Notes: generated from the sequence alone by a model not told the origin. A stretch of 64,000 nucleotides of DNA from Octopus vulgaris (GCA_951406725.2 OX597824.1:59210001-59274000), one strand, 5' to 3'. Positions 1 to 15,343 are shown, counted from the first letter of the stretch. Made by a program: numbers and translations.

Positions 1-29
1 ATGCGTTGGGTTGTTAGCCTAGTGTGTTG

Positions 30-300
30 CTTCAAAACAACAGAAAAGTGATATGAACACAAACCAGAATTACAGTAATGACTGGAACACTTGTTTCGGT
101 GACGAGATGCCTTCGGAAACACCTTGATACAATTGAATTCTGTTGCAGCATTACGACTTTGCAAAAGACAACAGTTTTAGGGGTAGAAAATATCATGCGG
201 AGCATACTATCTTTGTTTATACAACTTGATAAGGAGTCAGTTAAACGATCCAGTGTTAACAAGATCACTGTACAAGTGAAGGATAATAATCATGATAATT
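30..300 (+). mobile_element. Degenerate 3' end of an RLE-type (R4/Dong-like) non-LTR retrotransposon
   Basis: Translates EK*YEHKPE then ITVMTGTLVSV...LQKTTVLGVENIMRSIL, resembling the (V)PIVIGALG...LQK..LLGTA.ILR.VL C-terminus also seen at 7911-8050. Confidence 0.6.
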
Positions 301-999
301 GTTTCTAATTTTGGCACAAGGTCAACAATTTCGAAGAGTGGAAGTCGATTACTTTATTCCATCCACTCTGAGCAATAAATGTTACTGTTGACCCATGTGA
401 ATTTTGAATTTAAACCAGAACGGACCGACTATTTAGAGCAGATCTACTGTGTCTCGTTAACTTAATATCTTGGAAAAATTATCATATTTGATGTTGGTGT
501 CAAGTTCGCAGGTCTTACTGCATGCTGAGATGTATAGAATATATATACAGTACATACTGGCGTTCATACTTGCATACGCACATATAATCATATATATTTA
601 GAAACAATTTACATTCAGTACTGTTCCTTTAATCTTGTACCATTTACCCACCGCCAACCACGAGTTGTGTCTCTTAATACAAATCCTTTTGTTTCAAGTT
701 ATGCGATTCAACTTTACCCAAATATATACGTAAATCATTTTCTAACAAGAAAAATGTATTGAGACTGCACTATACGGATAGGTCTATCAGATCAAAACAT
801 ATGAACATAAAGGTACAATGTATGCAACAAAATTCACATAATCCTATCTCTAGTGTCTTAATTTGCTTAAGTATTTAGTGCAATTGTCTCAAGTTCTCTT
901 TGGGAGTCTTTTACGTTTGCCTCTGATTTTTTACTTCTATTCTCCAACCAACAGTCAGATGGGAGTTTGCGAGTATCATTTATGTACAGCTTTATGTAA

Positions 1000-1017
1000 T
1001 ATATATGTATGTATGAA

Positions 1018-1101
<84 letters not shown>

Positions 1102-1109
1102 TATGTATA

Positions 1110-1142
<33 letters not shown>

Positions 1143-1308
1143 GCATGTATGCATGTATGTATATATACATACACACACGCACACGCACATATGTGTATAA
1201 AGTATCTATGTATGCACGCATGTATATGTATCTCTATACATTATACATATATGAATATACATATATATATATATATATATATAGATAGATAGATAGATAG
1301 ATACATAC

Positions 1309-1395
<87 letters not shown>
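1000..1395. repeat. Compound microsatellite (AT)n/(AGAT)n/(ACAT)n, representative of dozens of such tracts across the window
   Basis: Direct reading; source of the YI/CV/HT pseudo-ORFs. Confidence 0.95.
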
Positions 1396-1399
<4 letters not shown>

Positions 1400-1745
1400 T
1401 TCCTTGTTTTTACCTCTCTGCAAAGGAATTTTATTTAATTCTTTCGCAGGAAGGATTAGTTCGAAGAGACGTGTTCTGTCCTCACCTTCGAAACACGCTG
1501 GAGTTGAACTAGGGACGGCTGATGAAGGGGATTTTTCCTTGTGCAGTTGTCTTGTACTCTGTTTTTTCGTTGTTAAAGGAATGGTCCGTTCCATGCTGTT
1601 TTTACGTTTTCGTTTCTCGTTGAGTTCTACGTCTATTTGTGGTGTCCTGTACACACGTATATATACTTATATATGCATGTATATATACATGTAGATGTAG
1701 GTACGTACATATATGTTTGTATGTATGCATATATTTTATTTATTA
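1396..1745 (+). mobile_element. Non-coding repeat family A carrying a reversed-order hammerhead motif
   Basis: Homologous to the reverse complement of about 15380-15745; starts directly after (AT)n. Confidence 0.75.
1470..1530 (+). ncRNA. Reversed-order (NUH-GAAA-CUGAUGA) hammerhead-like motif, family A
   Basis: CGTG-TT-CTGTCC tca CCTTC-GAAA-CACG 15nt GGACGG-CTGATGA-AGGGG; helix III CGTG/CACG, helix I CTGTCC/GGACGG, helix II GGGG/CTTC. Confidence 0.7.
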
Positions 1746-1822
1746 CACTATTCTATGACTGAGCGCCTTCGCGTCGATTCGATTCGTTTGGTTTCGTATC
1801 GCTTCTTCTTCTTCTCTAAGCT

Positions 1823-1857
<35 letters not shown>

Positions 1858-2686
1858 AGACATCATTTAGAATATTCACTGGCTCTGGCTCTGCTTTACT
1901 GGAACAAATGTCCAATTGAGAAGACGGCCACCCAAGTCGTGCGGTCTTGTAGTCATTCCCCATCTCAGAATGAAATGATTTCAACAAGAGATTTCTTCAA
2001 TTCAAATACGCACTTATCTTTCAACACAAATATTCACGTACAAATAAAATGATTACTCACGATTTTGTGCTTAAATACACAATTGAGTAACTCTGCTCGA
2101 TATGTAAATACACAACAGATTATAAATAAATATCAATAGCTGTTGTGTATAAATATATATATACACATACACACACACGCGCACATCCACAAAGTAAAGT
2201 ACAATTACTCCTCACACACACAACCCCTACGTATACACACATACACACACGAACACACATATACATACATACACACACTGCGAACAAAACACCCATACAC
2301 TACATATACATACACGCACACACACATACTTGAAACTACTAGTACTTTCTACTGACCATTCTCCAACGCACATGTATAGGTAGACATACAACAGACAGCC
2401 ACTCCTACCAAAATTCTTATTACAAATTCTTCCTATGACCTTAAACAATAGTTAGCCCAACTGCACACATAGATAAACAGCTACAACCACATACACACAC
2501 ACACACAGACCTGCGCGCACGCACATACCCACACATACACACACATACCGCCTTCTCCTGCATTCTCCTGTCTTTGAAAGAACTTTTCTTCGCCCATTCC
2601 CTACCGGTCATTTCAATATGTGACCGCGTGTGTATCGTTGGCGATTTTCTTTCTCGTCTTCTCTTCCTCGGACCTTTTTTTTCTAA

Positions 2687-2721
2687 GTTTCTGACGAAGA
2701 GCACTGCTCGAAACGTTAAAT
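2687..2721 (+). ncRNA. Minimal type I hammerhead (PLE-type, probably dimeric) in a short repeat at about 2550-2817
   Basis: GTTT-CTGACGA-A-GAGC act GCTC-GAAA-CG-TT-AAAT; palindromic AACGTT helix III. Confidence 0.75.
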
Positions 2722-2831
2722 CCTTCTTTCTTTCCTTTCCTGAGCGTCCAATAAAACAATACTTGTTCCACGCCCTCGCGTTGTTGTGTTTTCTCTTTGT
2801 TCATGTTTGGATTAACTATATATATATATAT

Positions 2832-2868
<37 letters not shown>

Positions 2869-3074
2869 TATATTTTAATACATATATACGTATGGGTAGA
2901 AGTGGATGGATGGATGCAATCATAAAAGATACATCTCGTGAAAAGATACATCTCGTGAAAAGAATAAGATGTAATAACACAGACAGAGACAGAGGGATAA
3001 TACTTTTAAGATTTAGCACAGAGTTAGCAGTTTTTGAGGGACGTCCATAGCATTGATTCAAGTGCTCAGCTAAT

Positions 3075-3186
3075 AACTATCTTATCGACCCGGTAGGATG
3101 AAAGGAAAAGACGATCTCGATGGAATTTGTACGCAGAGTGTACGCATTTTGCTCGGCGTGCAAATATTCTGACAGCTCGTCGCCTG
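3075..3186 (-). mobile_element. SINE family 2 fragment
   Basis: tatcgacccggtaggatgaaagg...gacagctcgtcgcc matches the 43903-44132 copy. Confidence 0.65.
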
Positions 3187-3272
3187 ATAAAAAGAAATAT
3201 CTATAATAGGAAGTTCTATGAACCCTTGTACATAGGAATATACCTATGTATATATAATTTATATAAATAATT

Positions 3273-3430
<158 letters not shown>

Positions 3431-4769
3431 ACAATAAGAAAATGGAGAGGATCAATAGGTGGTTCATCAACTTTTAGATATTATATTATGTCAACTTATT
3501 TATTTATTTACTAAAATGACAATTACAAGAATATACATGCATGTATAACATATGCTTTACATATAAAATATATTAATATATAAAGATACCAGTAATTATT
3601 AAAATATAACATACAGGAATATAAATTGGGAAAAATCGTATACCTGTTTCAGCCAAGAGGCAAAAATAGCTCATTCTACCTTTATTCCTCCAGTGGGCTG
3701 AAGTAATAAGTAGATGAAATAGAGGTACTTGGGTGTTTCTCTAGGCTTCGACAGAGATTTTATAAAGTACATAAGGTAAGTTATAGATAAATATAAATAT
3801 ACGCAAACACGCACGACATATACGCAAACACGCACGAATGTGCAGGTATGCATATATGGATGCATATAAATGTATGTACGTATGTGTATGATTAATACGT
3901 CAGGTCTTTCCAATATTATGCTACACACGGTAGAATATTTGTGCCTTGAACCAATCCCAGTTGTTCATGTACATTTTAGAAGCATTTTTTGATGTTCTTG
4001 TTGTAATATTGTTGGACTCCTATTTTCACAATTAATTTCTTTTGTTTTAAGTGATCACACAATTCATCAAAGTAATTTTCAAAAATGTCGTTGTCATCTA
4101 AATAATATGCGCTCGGAAATATAGAGCATTACTTCTTATAAATACCAAACCGTCCGCATACTGTGATTCTCAGATTGCAATCTCTTGGGGTTTATTAATA
4201 TGTGTGTGTGTATGTATGTATGTGTGTGTGTGTGCATGTAGGTATGTACGTATGTGTGAGTGTGAGTGGTAGAATCGTGTATATGCGTTGGTAGAAATAC
4301 ACGAATGAAGTGGGGGTTGAAAAGAGATTAATGAATATTGGTTACTGATGGGGTATGGGGACATTTTGGAGATTATAGCAAGAAATGGTGAAATAAAATA
4401 GAGAAAGAAAGAGCAAGAATGTAAGAGAAATAAATAAATTAATAAATAATGCACGTCCCTGATAGAATTAGGTCCGCCCAAAAACGAAACATAAAAGTTT
4501 GGTGAAATAGAAATCAATTGGAATGAGAAAAACCATTATTTCATCACACAACTCCAAGCGATTATTACAAGAAGAGAATCATAAAATTCTTGTAGTAGGC
4601 AATAAATAAATAAAAGATGACATTAAACTAGAAATACATAGAAAAGAAAGAGAAATACATTAAAAGAATTAAATTAGGAATTGGCTTCCGATATATTTAT
4701 CAGACAATAGTAGTAATGAAATACAATGTGTATCGTACATATTTCTGTAGGTGTACGTGTGCATGTGAG

Positions 4770-5260
4770 TGTGTATGTATGCATATATATATGCCCCAAT
4801 TTCTCTTTTTCTCTCTTTCGTTGCTCAAACGTGACCATCACCCATCTTTCTTTTCGTCACGTGACGGACTTGTCTTCTATCTGTTTCATCTATTTCTTTT
4901 CATTTTATAAAAAAGAATATTTCTCCAAGCATCCACTATTTCCCCTCGTTCTGGTCTAACGGCACTCCATGTGTATTTTCGTTCGGTTTCTTTATATATC
5001 TCCACTGCTCTGTTTTTGTTCTCAAATTTGACCCACTATAAATCAAAAATTTTATATTGGAAATTATAGGAGCTACTGTTTTCGAAGACTCATATTGTCG
5101 TTGAATGCTCGAAATAAGGAGTAGATAGACAACCGACAACTATTGAAGAATCGTTCTTTGTGTTACTTGTCTTGTTATCCATTTCTTTCTCCCGCTGTCT
5201 GCATATTTAACTCGCTTGTTTTTATACTTCATGTCGTTTAAACTTGGTGACGTCATGTAC
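4770..5260 (+). mobile_element. Non-coding repeat family B1 with degenerate reversed-order hammerhead at 5089-5151
   Basis: Homologous to 36010-36610; CTCA-TA-TTGTCG..GCTC-GAAA-TAAG..CGACAA-CTATTGA-AGAAT. Confidence 0.7.
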
Positions 5261-5287
5261 CAATATATGCACACACATATATAAATA

Positions 5288-5345
<58 letters not shown>

Positions 5346-5355
5346 TGTGTGTGTG

Positions 5356-5407
<52 letters not shown>

Positions 5408-5459
5408 TTATGCATATATACATACATATATGTACATATATATGTATATATATATGCAT

Positions 5460-6339
5460 ACATGGGTACTGGATGTCATAGAACGTAAACAACATGAAAT
5501 ACGAAATACGAAAACATGGAATACGAACTTTGTTGCGAACAATGAAAGAAACAAATTGAAAACAAGACAAGCAATATAAAGACAGACTCTTCACCAGTTG
5601 TCGGCGGCTGTTTTTCTACTCCGTATTTCGAGCAATTCACGACAAGATACGCCTTCGACAACACAGTTTCCCCCGCAAAGCAAATTAAACAAAATTTGGG
5701 ATTTTGTGGAGGTTCAAAGCTGGTAAAAAAAAACAGGACAGTGAAAACAAACATAAACAGTTGCTAAGTCTAATGCGTTTGATCCCTGCAAGAATGCGTT
5801 TGATCCCTGCAGCTGATCGGAAGGAAACAAAGAAACTCAAGTTAGGAAAAGAAAGACGGTAGATGGCAACGTGCAATCCACAAGAGAGAAAAGGAGGAAG
5901 AGTGAGGGAGAGAGAGGATCAGACAGAGAACGGCGCAGGGGAGAGAAAAAGTATTGGAGAAAGTATGAGAGAGAAAATAACGAAAGGGTGAGAAGGGGAG
6001 ATAACAAGAATTAGAGAAAGGAAGAGAGAGGAAACTAAAAGGGAAAGGGAAATAGAAATAGAAATAGAACAATAGGGGTCGTATCGAAATTATTAAGATA
6101 AAGCTTACATGGAAATGAATGCGTGGCGTTCAATCATATAACATAAATAATATATATATATATGAATATATACATACCTATATGTACATACTTACATATG
6201 CATATACACATGCATATATGAATATATGAGCACAGGACGTCCTAGAACGTAAACAACATGAAATACGAAATACGTAAACATGGAATTGAAACTTTTTTGC
6301 GAACAAAGAAAGAAACAAATGTAAAACAAGAAAAGCAAC

Positions 6340-6343
<4 letters not shown>
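5460..6343 (-). mobile_element. Non-coding repeat family B2 with terminal direct repeats (period about 764 bp)
   Basis: 5470-5580 is repeated at about 6235-6343; homologous to 31890-32445; flanked by (AT)n. Confidence 0.75.
5586..5651 (-). ncRNA. Reversed-order hammerhead-like motif, family B2
   Basis: Minus strand CGTA-TC-TTGTCG tgaatt GCTC-GAAA-TACG ... CGACAA-CTGGTGA-AGAGT (one core change). Confidence 0.65.
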
Positions 6344-6392
<49 letters not shown>

Positions 6393-6629
6393 TAAATAAA
6401 TATATATACATACTAAATAAGAACTGAATGCATCAAGATGTAGAGTTAACATATAGGATTATTTAAAACTAGCTTTCATATATATAATTGAATACAATTT
6501 GTTCAAAACTACAAATTTTAATGCATTTGAAATCAGAAAATTGCAAAAGTATTTCAGGAGCGCAAGATGATAGATCTTCCATTTCTCTTTCGAAGCAGAG
6601 TCGATACCAAAGAAATTAAGAAAATTGAG

Positions 6630-6906
6630 AAATACCAAGATTCCTTCTGTCCTGACAAGCTTTCCTCGTCTCATTACCGTCGTAGCACATTTTGAGAGTC
6701 GAAACTCCATCTTAAAATCTGCACAAACTAGACTAAGCTGTCCAGTTGGGCCTCAGTTTTTATGAGAAGCTTTAGGTCCAGTTTTCCCTTACCGCTTTCT
6801 AGATTATACATCAACTTTGTTTTCTGTAGTATTTCACTCAAGGGGATCATTCCCAGCACGAAGGTCAATGGGGATAGACTGTCCCTCTGGAAGATTCCTC
6901 CCTTGA

Positions 6907-6908
<2 letters not shown>
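6630..6908 (-). mobile_element. R4/Dong-like LINE RT fragment (pseudogenised)
   Basis: GIFQRDSLSPLTFVLGMIPLS...LKL...MEFRLSKCA; the catalytic xxDD segment is deleted. Confidence 0.8.
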
Positions 6909-6987
<79 letters not shown>

Positions 6988-7004
6988 TTATCATCATTAT
7001 TATT

Positions 7005-7560
7005 ATCTTTACTTCTTTTTCATCTTTATGAATGAGCACGATCGTCTCGCCTCTATGACTTGGTCGCACTGGATGCTAAAATTCCAGAGTATTTTGTAAT
7101 GTTCGTTTTCCATTACTCCCTCTAGCTTGTGTTCATACTATTTTTCGGCTCTCTCGAGGTTTGTTTTACCGCACAACAACCAGTGGTCAAATCTGGCCAC
7201 ATTGTCGTTTCTACTTTTGCATTCGCGTTGTGCGAGCTTACAGCACTCACTAACAACATGGCTTATACATCCTCCTTTCTCAGAGCACATCCTACATTGT
7301 AGCGAGTTAGTGCTTTTATCAATGTGATATTTAGAGTAGTTTGTTCTGATAGCTTGTTCTTGAGCGCTGTATACTAATGCCTCAGCGGTCCCTTTTAAGT
7401 CTCCTTTATGCAGCCATTGCCAGATTCTATTCCAATCAATCTCGTCTTTATTCTTCAAAAACTTACTGTGTATTTTCTTGTCCTGCCAAATTGTTTTCAT
7501 CTGCTCTCTTTGGTCTTTCTTAAATTATGTTGGATCTACGGCTTCGTTGACTTCATAAGA
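7005..7560 (-). mobile_element. R4/Dong-like LINE C-terminal fragment (CCHC knuckle plus start of RLE)
   Basis: AQEQAIRTNY...CRMC...ISHVVSECCKLAQ...RNDNVA...YEHKLEGVMENEHYKILWNFSIQCD. Confidence 0.85.
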
Positions 7561-7904
7561 TATTGAGGCACGACCAGGTGGTAAAGTTTTACACTGGAAA
7601 CTTTTTCCAGAAATGGGGATTTGAAGCTGGAAACACATGGTACAATCATCGAGTCGAAAGAGTAATGGAGTCGGAAAAATGCAAGAATTTGTGAGACTTT
7701 CCTATTCAAAGGGACAAGAATTTAGAAAATAATAGACTGGACATAACATGTATAGATAAGGAGAAGCGAATTTGCTTACTAATCGACCCATCACGCCCAT
7801 TTGATTCCAGGATCGTAAAGTAATAGGACGAAAAATAAAAAGCAAAAAAGTACTATCCCTTAAAATTTGAACTAGGAAGAATTTAGAGTATGAGACCTGT
7901 AAAG

Positions 7905-8340
<436 letters not shown>

Positions 8341-8379
8341 GACAATGACGATGACAATGACGATGACGATGACGATGAC

Positions 8380-8428
<49 letters not shown>

Positions 8429-8856
8429 GTCGCTCCCGTCTGTGTCGATGTACGAGTGTTTGAAGGAGAGTACTTAACGAGAGTAATAGAAAAACTATGA
8501 AGCTGCATTTATATGCGGTGTATACATGAACGTAATTTGAGTCCAGGTATTGATTTTGCTATGAAGTTGCAACGGTGAGATTGATGATTTTGATTTTGTG
8601 TAATATTGGGCAAGTGTGTCTGTTGGTTGCAAGATATAGTTCTTGTATTGTTCTTTTTCTTCAGCTCAAGTTGTTTGGATGCATCGTGACACATTTTAGG
8701 CCACGCAGATCGTTCTAGGCAATGACTTTCCCAAGATGACAACTTAAGTTGTAGAGATTTTGGTGATTGCTTCAACTTATGCTTATACCTAAGAACAGGT
8801 CTCCCTTTACCACGATATTTCACAACCGTACAGAAGAATTTTTGGAATGCGGTCAT
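8341..8856 (-). mobile_element. RTE-like LINE 3' end with (CAT)n tail
   Basis: GRPVLRYKHKLKQS...WESHCLERSAW...C...KS..GL..H pattern, short UTR, then (CAT)n. Confidence 0.7.
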
Positions 8857-8859
8857 TTT

Positions 8860-11400
8860 TCATTCGAACATGTCATATCTACTAGGGCTAATTCTACATA
8901 CCATGCAGTTATCATTGGTACATATGGTATTCTTAAACGGGTAAGTCCTACATAGTTGTGATCTGACGGAGTTACCTGGCTTTTCAACAATTTTAATGTT
9001 GAGTTTGGTCTCCTTCAGAGCTTTTCTAAATCTACGGGCTAGTTCTCCATGGGCTGTGGTCTCTAAAAAACATCACTCCTTGATATTTGTCGGTTTTATA
9101 CCACGTGTTCGCCCTGTTTGCTTTGTCACAAGCTCTTTGTATTCTATTCCATTCTTTGTTTCTATATCTAGGACAGGTACCATTGGTATCATTACGTATA
9201 ATGTTATCTAATTTCTTTCTAGCCCCTCTGTATACACGAACCTTATCTTTCTGATCATATCCAGAGAACTGCATGAGGTGCATGAAGTTCTGTATGTTTT
9301 TTCATTTCATAGGGTTCGCATAGTGGGGACACATTGTTCATTATTCTAACTAGTTCTGCTATTAGTATGTTAATTTTCATGTTGTGTGACAAAGCTGAGT
9401 TCTTGTGAACAACATATTTTGAAGTTATAGGTTTCATGTAATAAGAGTGGAGGAGTTGCACTCTATTGTTCACAGTCCCTAACCAAAGTTCAGTATCAAG
9501 TACAGGGAGTATATTGTTAGGTTTCTTAGTGGGGTAATCTATAGTTACCTTGATACTTTGGTGAATGGAGTTAGCTATTTGCTGGATGCTCTCCATTACG
9601 TTCTTCTCAGTCTCTACATTACCGTCACTAGAGTTGGTTCTAACTATTATATTAATGTCATCTACATATCTACTGTAGAGTAGAAGAGTTGTGGACTGTT
9701 CTGCTAACATTTGTTTAAATTTTCTGTCCCACCAGGTCATGAAGAGGCCAGCCACATCTCCAGCTATACCTACACCAATGGCTGCACCTTGAACCTGTAT
9801 GTATAGTTTTTTATTAAACTTTACTATGTGGTTTTTCAATGTGGTTTTTACGCTGGCCCAAATTGCATATGCAACCATTTCCCTCACCTGATTGTTGTTC
9901 TCAGGGTTTTGGGTGTGTGCGGTCCAGCCACTCCAGCGCTCTGTGGTGCTTTTCTTCACCGCTGAAGTGATGGTGAGTGGTCTTTCCCTCTGCGACCTGG
10001 TGGGGCAGAATTTACTAAGGTCATGGTCATCAAAATAGTTATTGTCATAGCATAGTCTGAGGAGGAGGCCCAGTTCCCTGGTGTTGGCCTTACGGAATTC
10101 CACTTCACTCTCACAGATTGCTTGAATGCATTTCTCCACTGCAAAATCTATGTCTATAGATGGGTAGAGTGAAATTACATCCATACTACCGACTATACAA
10201 CATGTGAGGTTGTTGGTGTGGTTGCAAGTATTGATTTTACTGAGGAGATCTTCCGTACTCATACAGACATCCGGAGACATCTCTATGATAGGTCGCAATA
10301 CTTCTGAGAGGAAGTAGGACAGTCTACAGTTGCTGGAGATGTTCGCTCCGCAAACTGGTCTGGTTGGGGGCCCTGCGACAGTGTTTATGTAGGGTTTTTG
10401 GTCTTTGCGTAACCCGTATAATGTAGGAACATCATTGTTGGATGCCTGGAAATTGTGTGCTGTCCTTTTTGTAGGTTGGAGTATGTTGCACCACATTCCC
10501 ATGTGTGCAATAAGGAGTTTTTCTACTCTTTCATGTTCTTGTGGTGCAACTTCTCTCATGCTACAGATATGTTGTTGCATGGTCTGGATATAGTTCTGTG
10601 GGCTATCTACTGATAGTCTGCCAGACTTGTCTGTGGGGAGGCACACCAATTCTTTGTTCCTAATTCGCTGTTTTAGTTTTTGTAGGCTTTTGTCAACAGA
10701 TGAGCTGAGTTGGTGGGACCCCTCCTCACTGTTTTTTAGTGGATTTGTTGTATTGATCTGTGTCGGAGTCTATTTCTAGCTAAGGAGATCTTTGCTTCTG
10801 TTTCACTGTCAATTTGGGGTGGGATACATACCTTTTTGTTAAAGGGTAAGTCTGTGGGATAGATCCTCGTCATGTCATAAGATTTGTTGTTAGGGCTATA
10901 GAAGACAGAGTGTAGAGTGTTATTATCGTTGTAGTTGTTGTTATAGTTGCCGGTATTGTTGTTGTTGGTGGTGGTAGTGCTTGTGTTGTGCCTATTGTTA
11001 TTGTTATGGGTGACGTTGGTGGTAGTGGTGTGAATGATGTGGTTGTTGTCGTTATCTGTGTGTCGGATGTTGTTGTTATTGTTGCTGTCGTCATCGTTAT
11101 TGTTGTTGTTATTATTATAGTTGTTTCTGTTTCGTACGCTTGTGTTGTTGCTGTTGTTGTTATAGTTATCTGAGTGAGGAATGTTGTGGGTGTCGTTGTT
11201 GTTGTTGTTATTACCCCTATAGTTGTCATCAACACCGCTATTGTTATTGTTGTTGTTTTGGCTACGTATGTTTGTGTTGTTGTTGTTGTTGTTGTTGTAT
11301 TGTCCTAACCTCCATCTTAACTTTAAGAACGTTTTTTTTCAATTTCACACAGACAATCAATTGTCAAGGCTATTGAAAAGGTTGCAAGACGCAACGAAAA
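8860..11400 (-). mobile_element. Penelope-like element remnant (Neptune-like Cys linker, endonuclease truncated)
   Basis: KLRW and AAC-rich N-terminal region, RT ORF, frameshifted thumb (MQFSGY) and KIVEKPG...PF..C..C..C linker. Confidence 0.85.
9255..10649 (-). pseudogene. Penelope-like reverse transcriptase open frame (464 aa, frameshifted near the C-terminus)
   Basis: PTDKSG, LYGLRKD, PPTRPV, SMDVISLYPSI, YIQVQGAAIG, YSRYVDD, LPVLDT, YMKP motifs. Confidence 0.9.
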
Positions 11401-11591
11401 ATTTAGAAAATAAAAATAAGTGGAAATTTTACCGGTGAGTGTGTAAAATAATAAGGCACTAAAAGAGAACGACTCTCCCCAGACACAACAGAATATGCTT
11501 CAACACACGAACTCATATAAGGAATCTTGCAAACCAAATCCAAAAGCGAAATATATATATACAATGTACAGATATATGAGGAGAGAGAGAG

Positions 11592-11666
<75 letters not shown>

Positions 11667-12486
11667 GCGTGTGTGTATGTTCATGTATGTCGTGTAGGAT
11701 ATATGGTTTCGCGATCAAGAAGCACATAGCACTCGATATATATTTCATTAGCATTTTTCTTATTTCGTTAGCTGAAAACCTTACGAACACACACACACAC
11801 ACACAAACAAACAAACACAACACACACACGTACATATGCGTATACATGTATATATCTATAATTATATATATCTGTGTATATATACATATAAACACATGCA
11901 TATATGTATGTGTGTGTGTAGGTATGTGTATGTGTGTGTATGTGTGTATATATATGTGTGTGTGTATGCGTATATTTGTGTGTGTATATAATTAGAAATA
12001 GAGTAAGGAAGAAAGCAGCTTTGTATAAATCATTTTACGCTTATTTCTTTAATAATAGCTTTAATTCTATGTGCGTATCTATATTTGTACGTTTATGTAT
12101 TAAAAATTGTTTCATATACATTTGTGTGAATGTATGTATGTGTATGTGTACATATTCGCGTATATCATTTCATTTCGTTTACCATTTTAATTATTGCTTT
12201 AAAACAAGGAAATGATGTGTTCTTGCTGGAGGTCATTTTTCCTATATTTCATTGGTCTTATTTTCTCTCCATATATAAATGTTATGTATTATTTTTTTGC
12301 TTCTTGATATTTTTTTTTTGAATGACGTGGATTTAACGCATTTTTTTAACTTCCATCTCATGTCGGTCATAAAAAATGAAAAAAAAAAAAGAAATGGTGT
12401 GACAAAATAGGAAGACATAAATCAATGTCTTGGATACTTTTATATTACCCTGGTCTTGTATATGGTGTGTCAGTGTGTGTGTGAGT

Positions 12487-12624
<138 letters not shown>

Positions 12625-12705
12625 GTCTCTCTGTCTGTATGCCTCTCTATCTATCTATCAATCGATCTATCTACCTAACTAAATATAAATATATATACAT
12701 GATTG

Positions 12706-12750
<45 letters not shown>

Positions 12751-12881
12751 GTGTGTGTGCGTGTGTGTGAGTGTGTATAAATGTTATAGATACTAAAAAG
12801 TTTTGTAGTAGTAATAGTCGTAATATATACATATATACATCTATTACTTATGAGTATACATATATTTACGCATACACACAT

Positions 12882-12925
<44 letters not shown>

Positions 12926-12946
12926 GCACGATGATATATATATTTA

Positions 12947-12989
<43 letters not shown>

Positions 12990-13028
12990 CATAAATGCAT
13001 ATAGATATAATAATAATGCTGCTACGAA

Positions 13029-13072
<44 letters not shown>

Positions 13073-13128
13073 ATATATACATCTATTATTTATGAATATA
13101 CACACATATATACACAAATATATATACA

Positions 13129-13178
<50 letters not shown>

Positions 13179-13215
13179 CTCATACATATATCTGTACACA
13201 CATAAATGGATATAG

Positions 13216-13262
<47 letters not shown>

Positions 13263-13304
13263 TATACATACATACAAGTATTATTTATGAGTATACAGAC
13301 ACAA

Positions 13305-13345
<41 letters not shown>

Positions 13346-13576
13346 TGTATGTGTGAGTCTGTGTGTGTGCGTAGTATAACAATGCGTGTGTGTGTGGATA
13401 GCAATATTATAGTTTGATAGACATATAGATAAGTGGAAAGCAAGAGGGAGAGAGAGAAAGAGAGATTAACAGGGAGATAACTATAGAATATTAGATATAG
13501 ACGATACACATATCTATCTGTTTTTGTGCGTTTGTTTGCGTTTGTTCTTATGTTTTTTTGTGCGTGTGTATATGTG

Positions 13577-13633
<57 letters not shown>

Positions 13634-13961
13634 TAAAACATCATTTAGTACTTTCTGAAGACACGCAAATACACGCACAAACAACCACTAACACATACAG
13701 ACATATAAATGAGAAATTTGGAGAGTAATACACCCTGAAAAACATACACACACACACACACACACATATATACATGTATGTATGTATGTATGTATGTATG
13801 TATATGTTTATATATTTATGTAAGTATGTATATGTATATATGTATAAATATGGGTGGGTGTGAGTGTATGTGTATGTGCATACATACATGGATATATATG
13901 TGTCTGCGTGTGTGTGTATGTCTATGTGAGTAAGGTTGTGCGTGTATGTGTGTGAGCAGGC

Positions 13962-14003
<42 letters not shown>

Positions 14004-14474
14004 ACCCCCACACTTATATATAAGCGCATATATATATATATATATATATAAACAGACATACACGTACACTCACACACATATGCATACATACATACATACA
14101 TACCAAAATATGTTACATTTATATATAACACAACTGACAACTTGTATTTTTTGTGTATGCCTATCAGTGTTTACATATATGCATAAGGAACATGTCATGG
14201 GAGACAGGGCAACCGTCAGTATCAATATGCATGCTTATGTGTATGTGTGCTTGTATATGTATATATAAATATATACATACATGCATACATACGTACATAT
14301 ATATATGCATGTATGTATGTATATATGTTGTGTGTATGTATTTATACTCCCACAGAAAACACGTGTCCTCATACCACATAATTAACAAGAAATATGCCTT
14401 TAATGTTTGACCAATGCACGCAATGAGGATTAATCATCGTGACATTTAAATATGGGCTCCTCTATCCATATACA

Positions 14475-14532
<58 letters not shown>

Positions 14533-14826
14533 TGTGTATAGGCATGAATGCTTACTTTAATATATATCTATGAACGTATCTACATGTGTGTGTATGTGCG
14601 TATGCATGCCTTGCGTGAGTGTCGATGTATGCGTATACACACACACGCATATATGTATATATATACTTACATTTGCTCGCATTTTAAGAATGAATATTTG
14701 TGCTTATGTGTGTATGCATGAGTGAATCCATGTATGTATGAATGCATGTGTACATGCATACATATATATATATATACGATATAAATATATATATATGTGT
14801 GCGTGTGTGTATGTATACATATATAG

Positions 14827-14861
<35 letters not shown>

Positions 14862-15161
14862 TATATATATACGCTTATCTAATTTTGCCGTGTATGTGTA
14901 AATTCGTATGCTGATGTATCAGATCATGCATATCTATATATTTGGTTTACTGAAATCATTAATGCATATTTTAATTTCTCTACACATGTGTTTAAGCTGG
15001 TGTGTATATTTGTGTTTCTGTGTGGTTTAATATAGAAACATGTGTGTTTAATTGTAGATTACAGCTTTAATAGCATCGTATTACTTGATGCCAAAGTATA
15101 TCGCGTACACATGCGGCTTCATTGAAAATGTCACTGAAACATACTCATAAATACTACACGG

Positions 15162-15227
<66 letters not shown>

Positions 15228-15343
15228 ATACACGCCCGCGCACACACGCAAACACGGTCATACACAAAACACGCACACGCACAAACAAGCACGCGCAATC
15301 GCATATGTTTGTATGTCCGTTGTATACGTACATTTATGCGTAA

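Noticed and set aside
1485-1530. Reading the reversed motifs as ordinary type II hammerheads
   Set aside because: No helix III-NUH-helix I can be formed between GAAA and CUGAUGA; the complementary strands lie upstream of GAAA in every family
3638-3715. Minus-strand CTGGAGGA...GAAACAGGTA HHR-like string
   Set aside because: Core spacing is wrong and helices I and II are unsupported
8509-8856. ORF as the GIY-YIG continuation of the Penelope element
   Set aside because: Motifs fit an RTE-like C-terminus and no GIY-YIG signature is present
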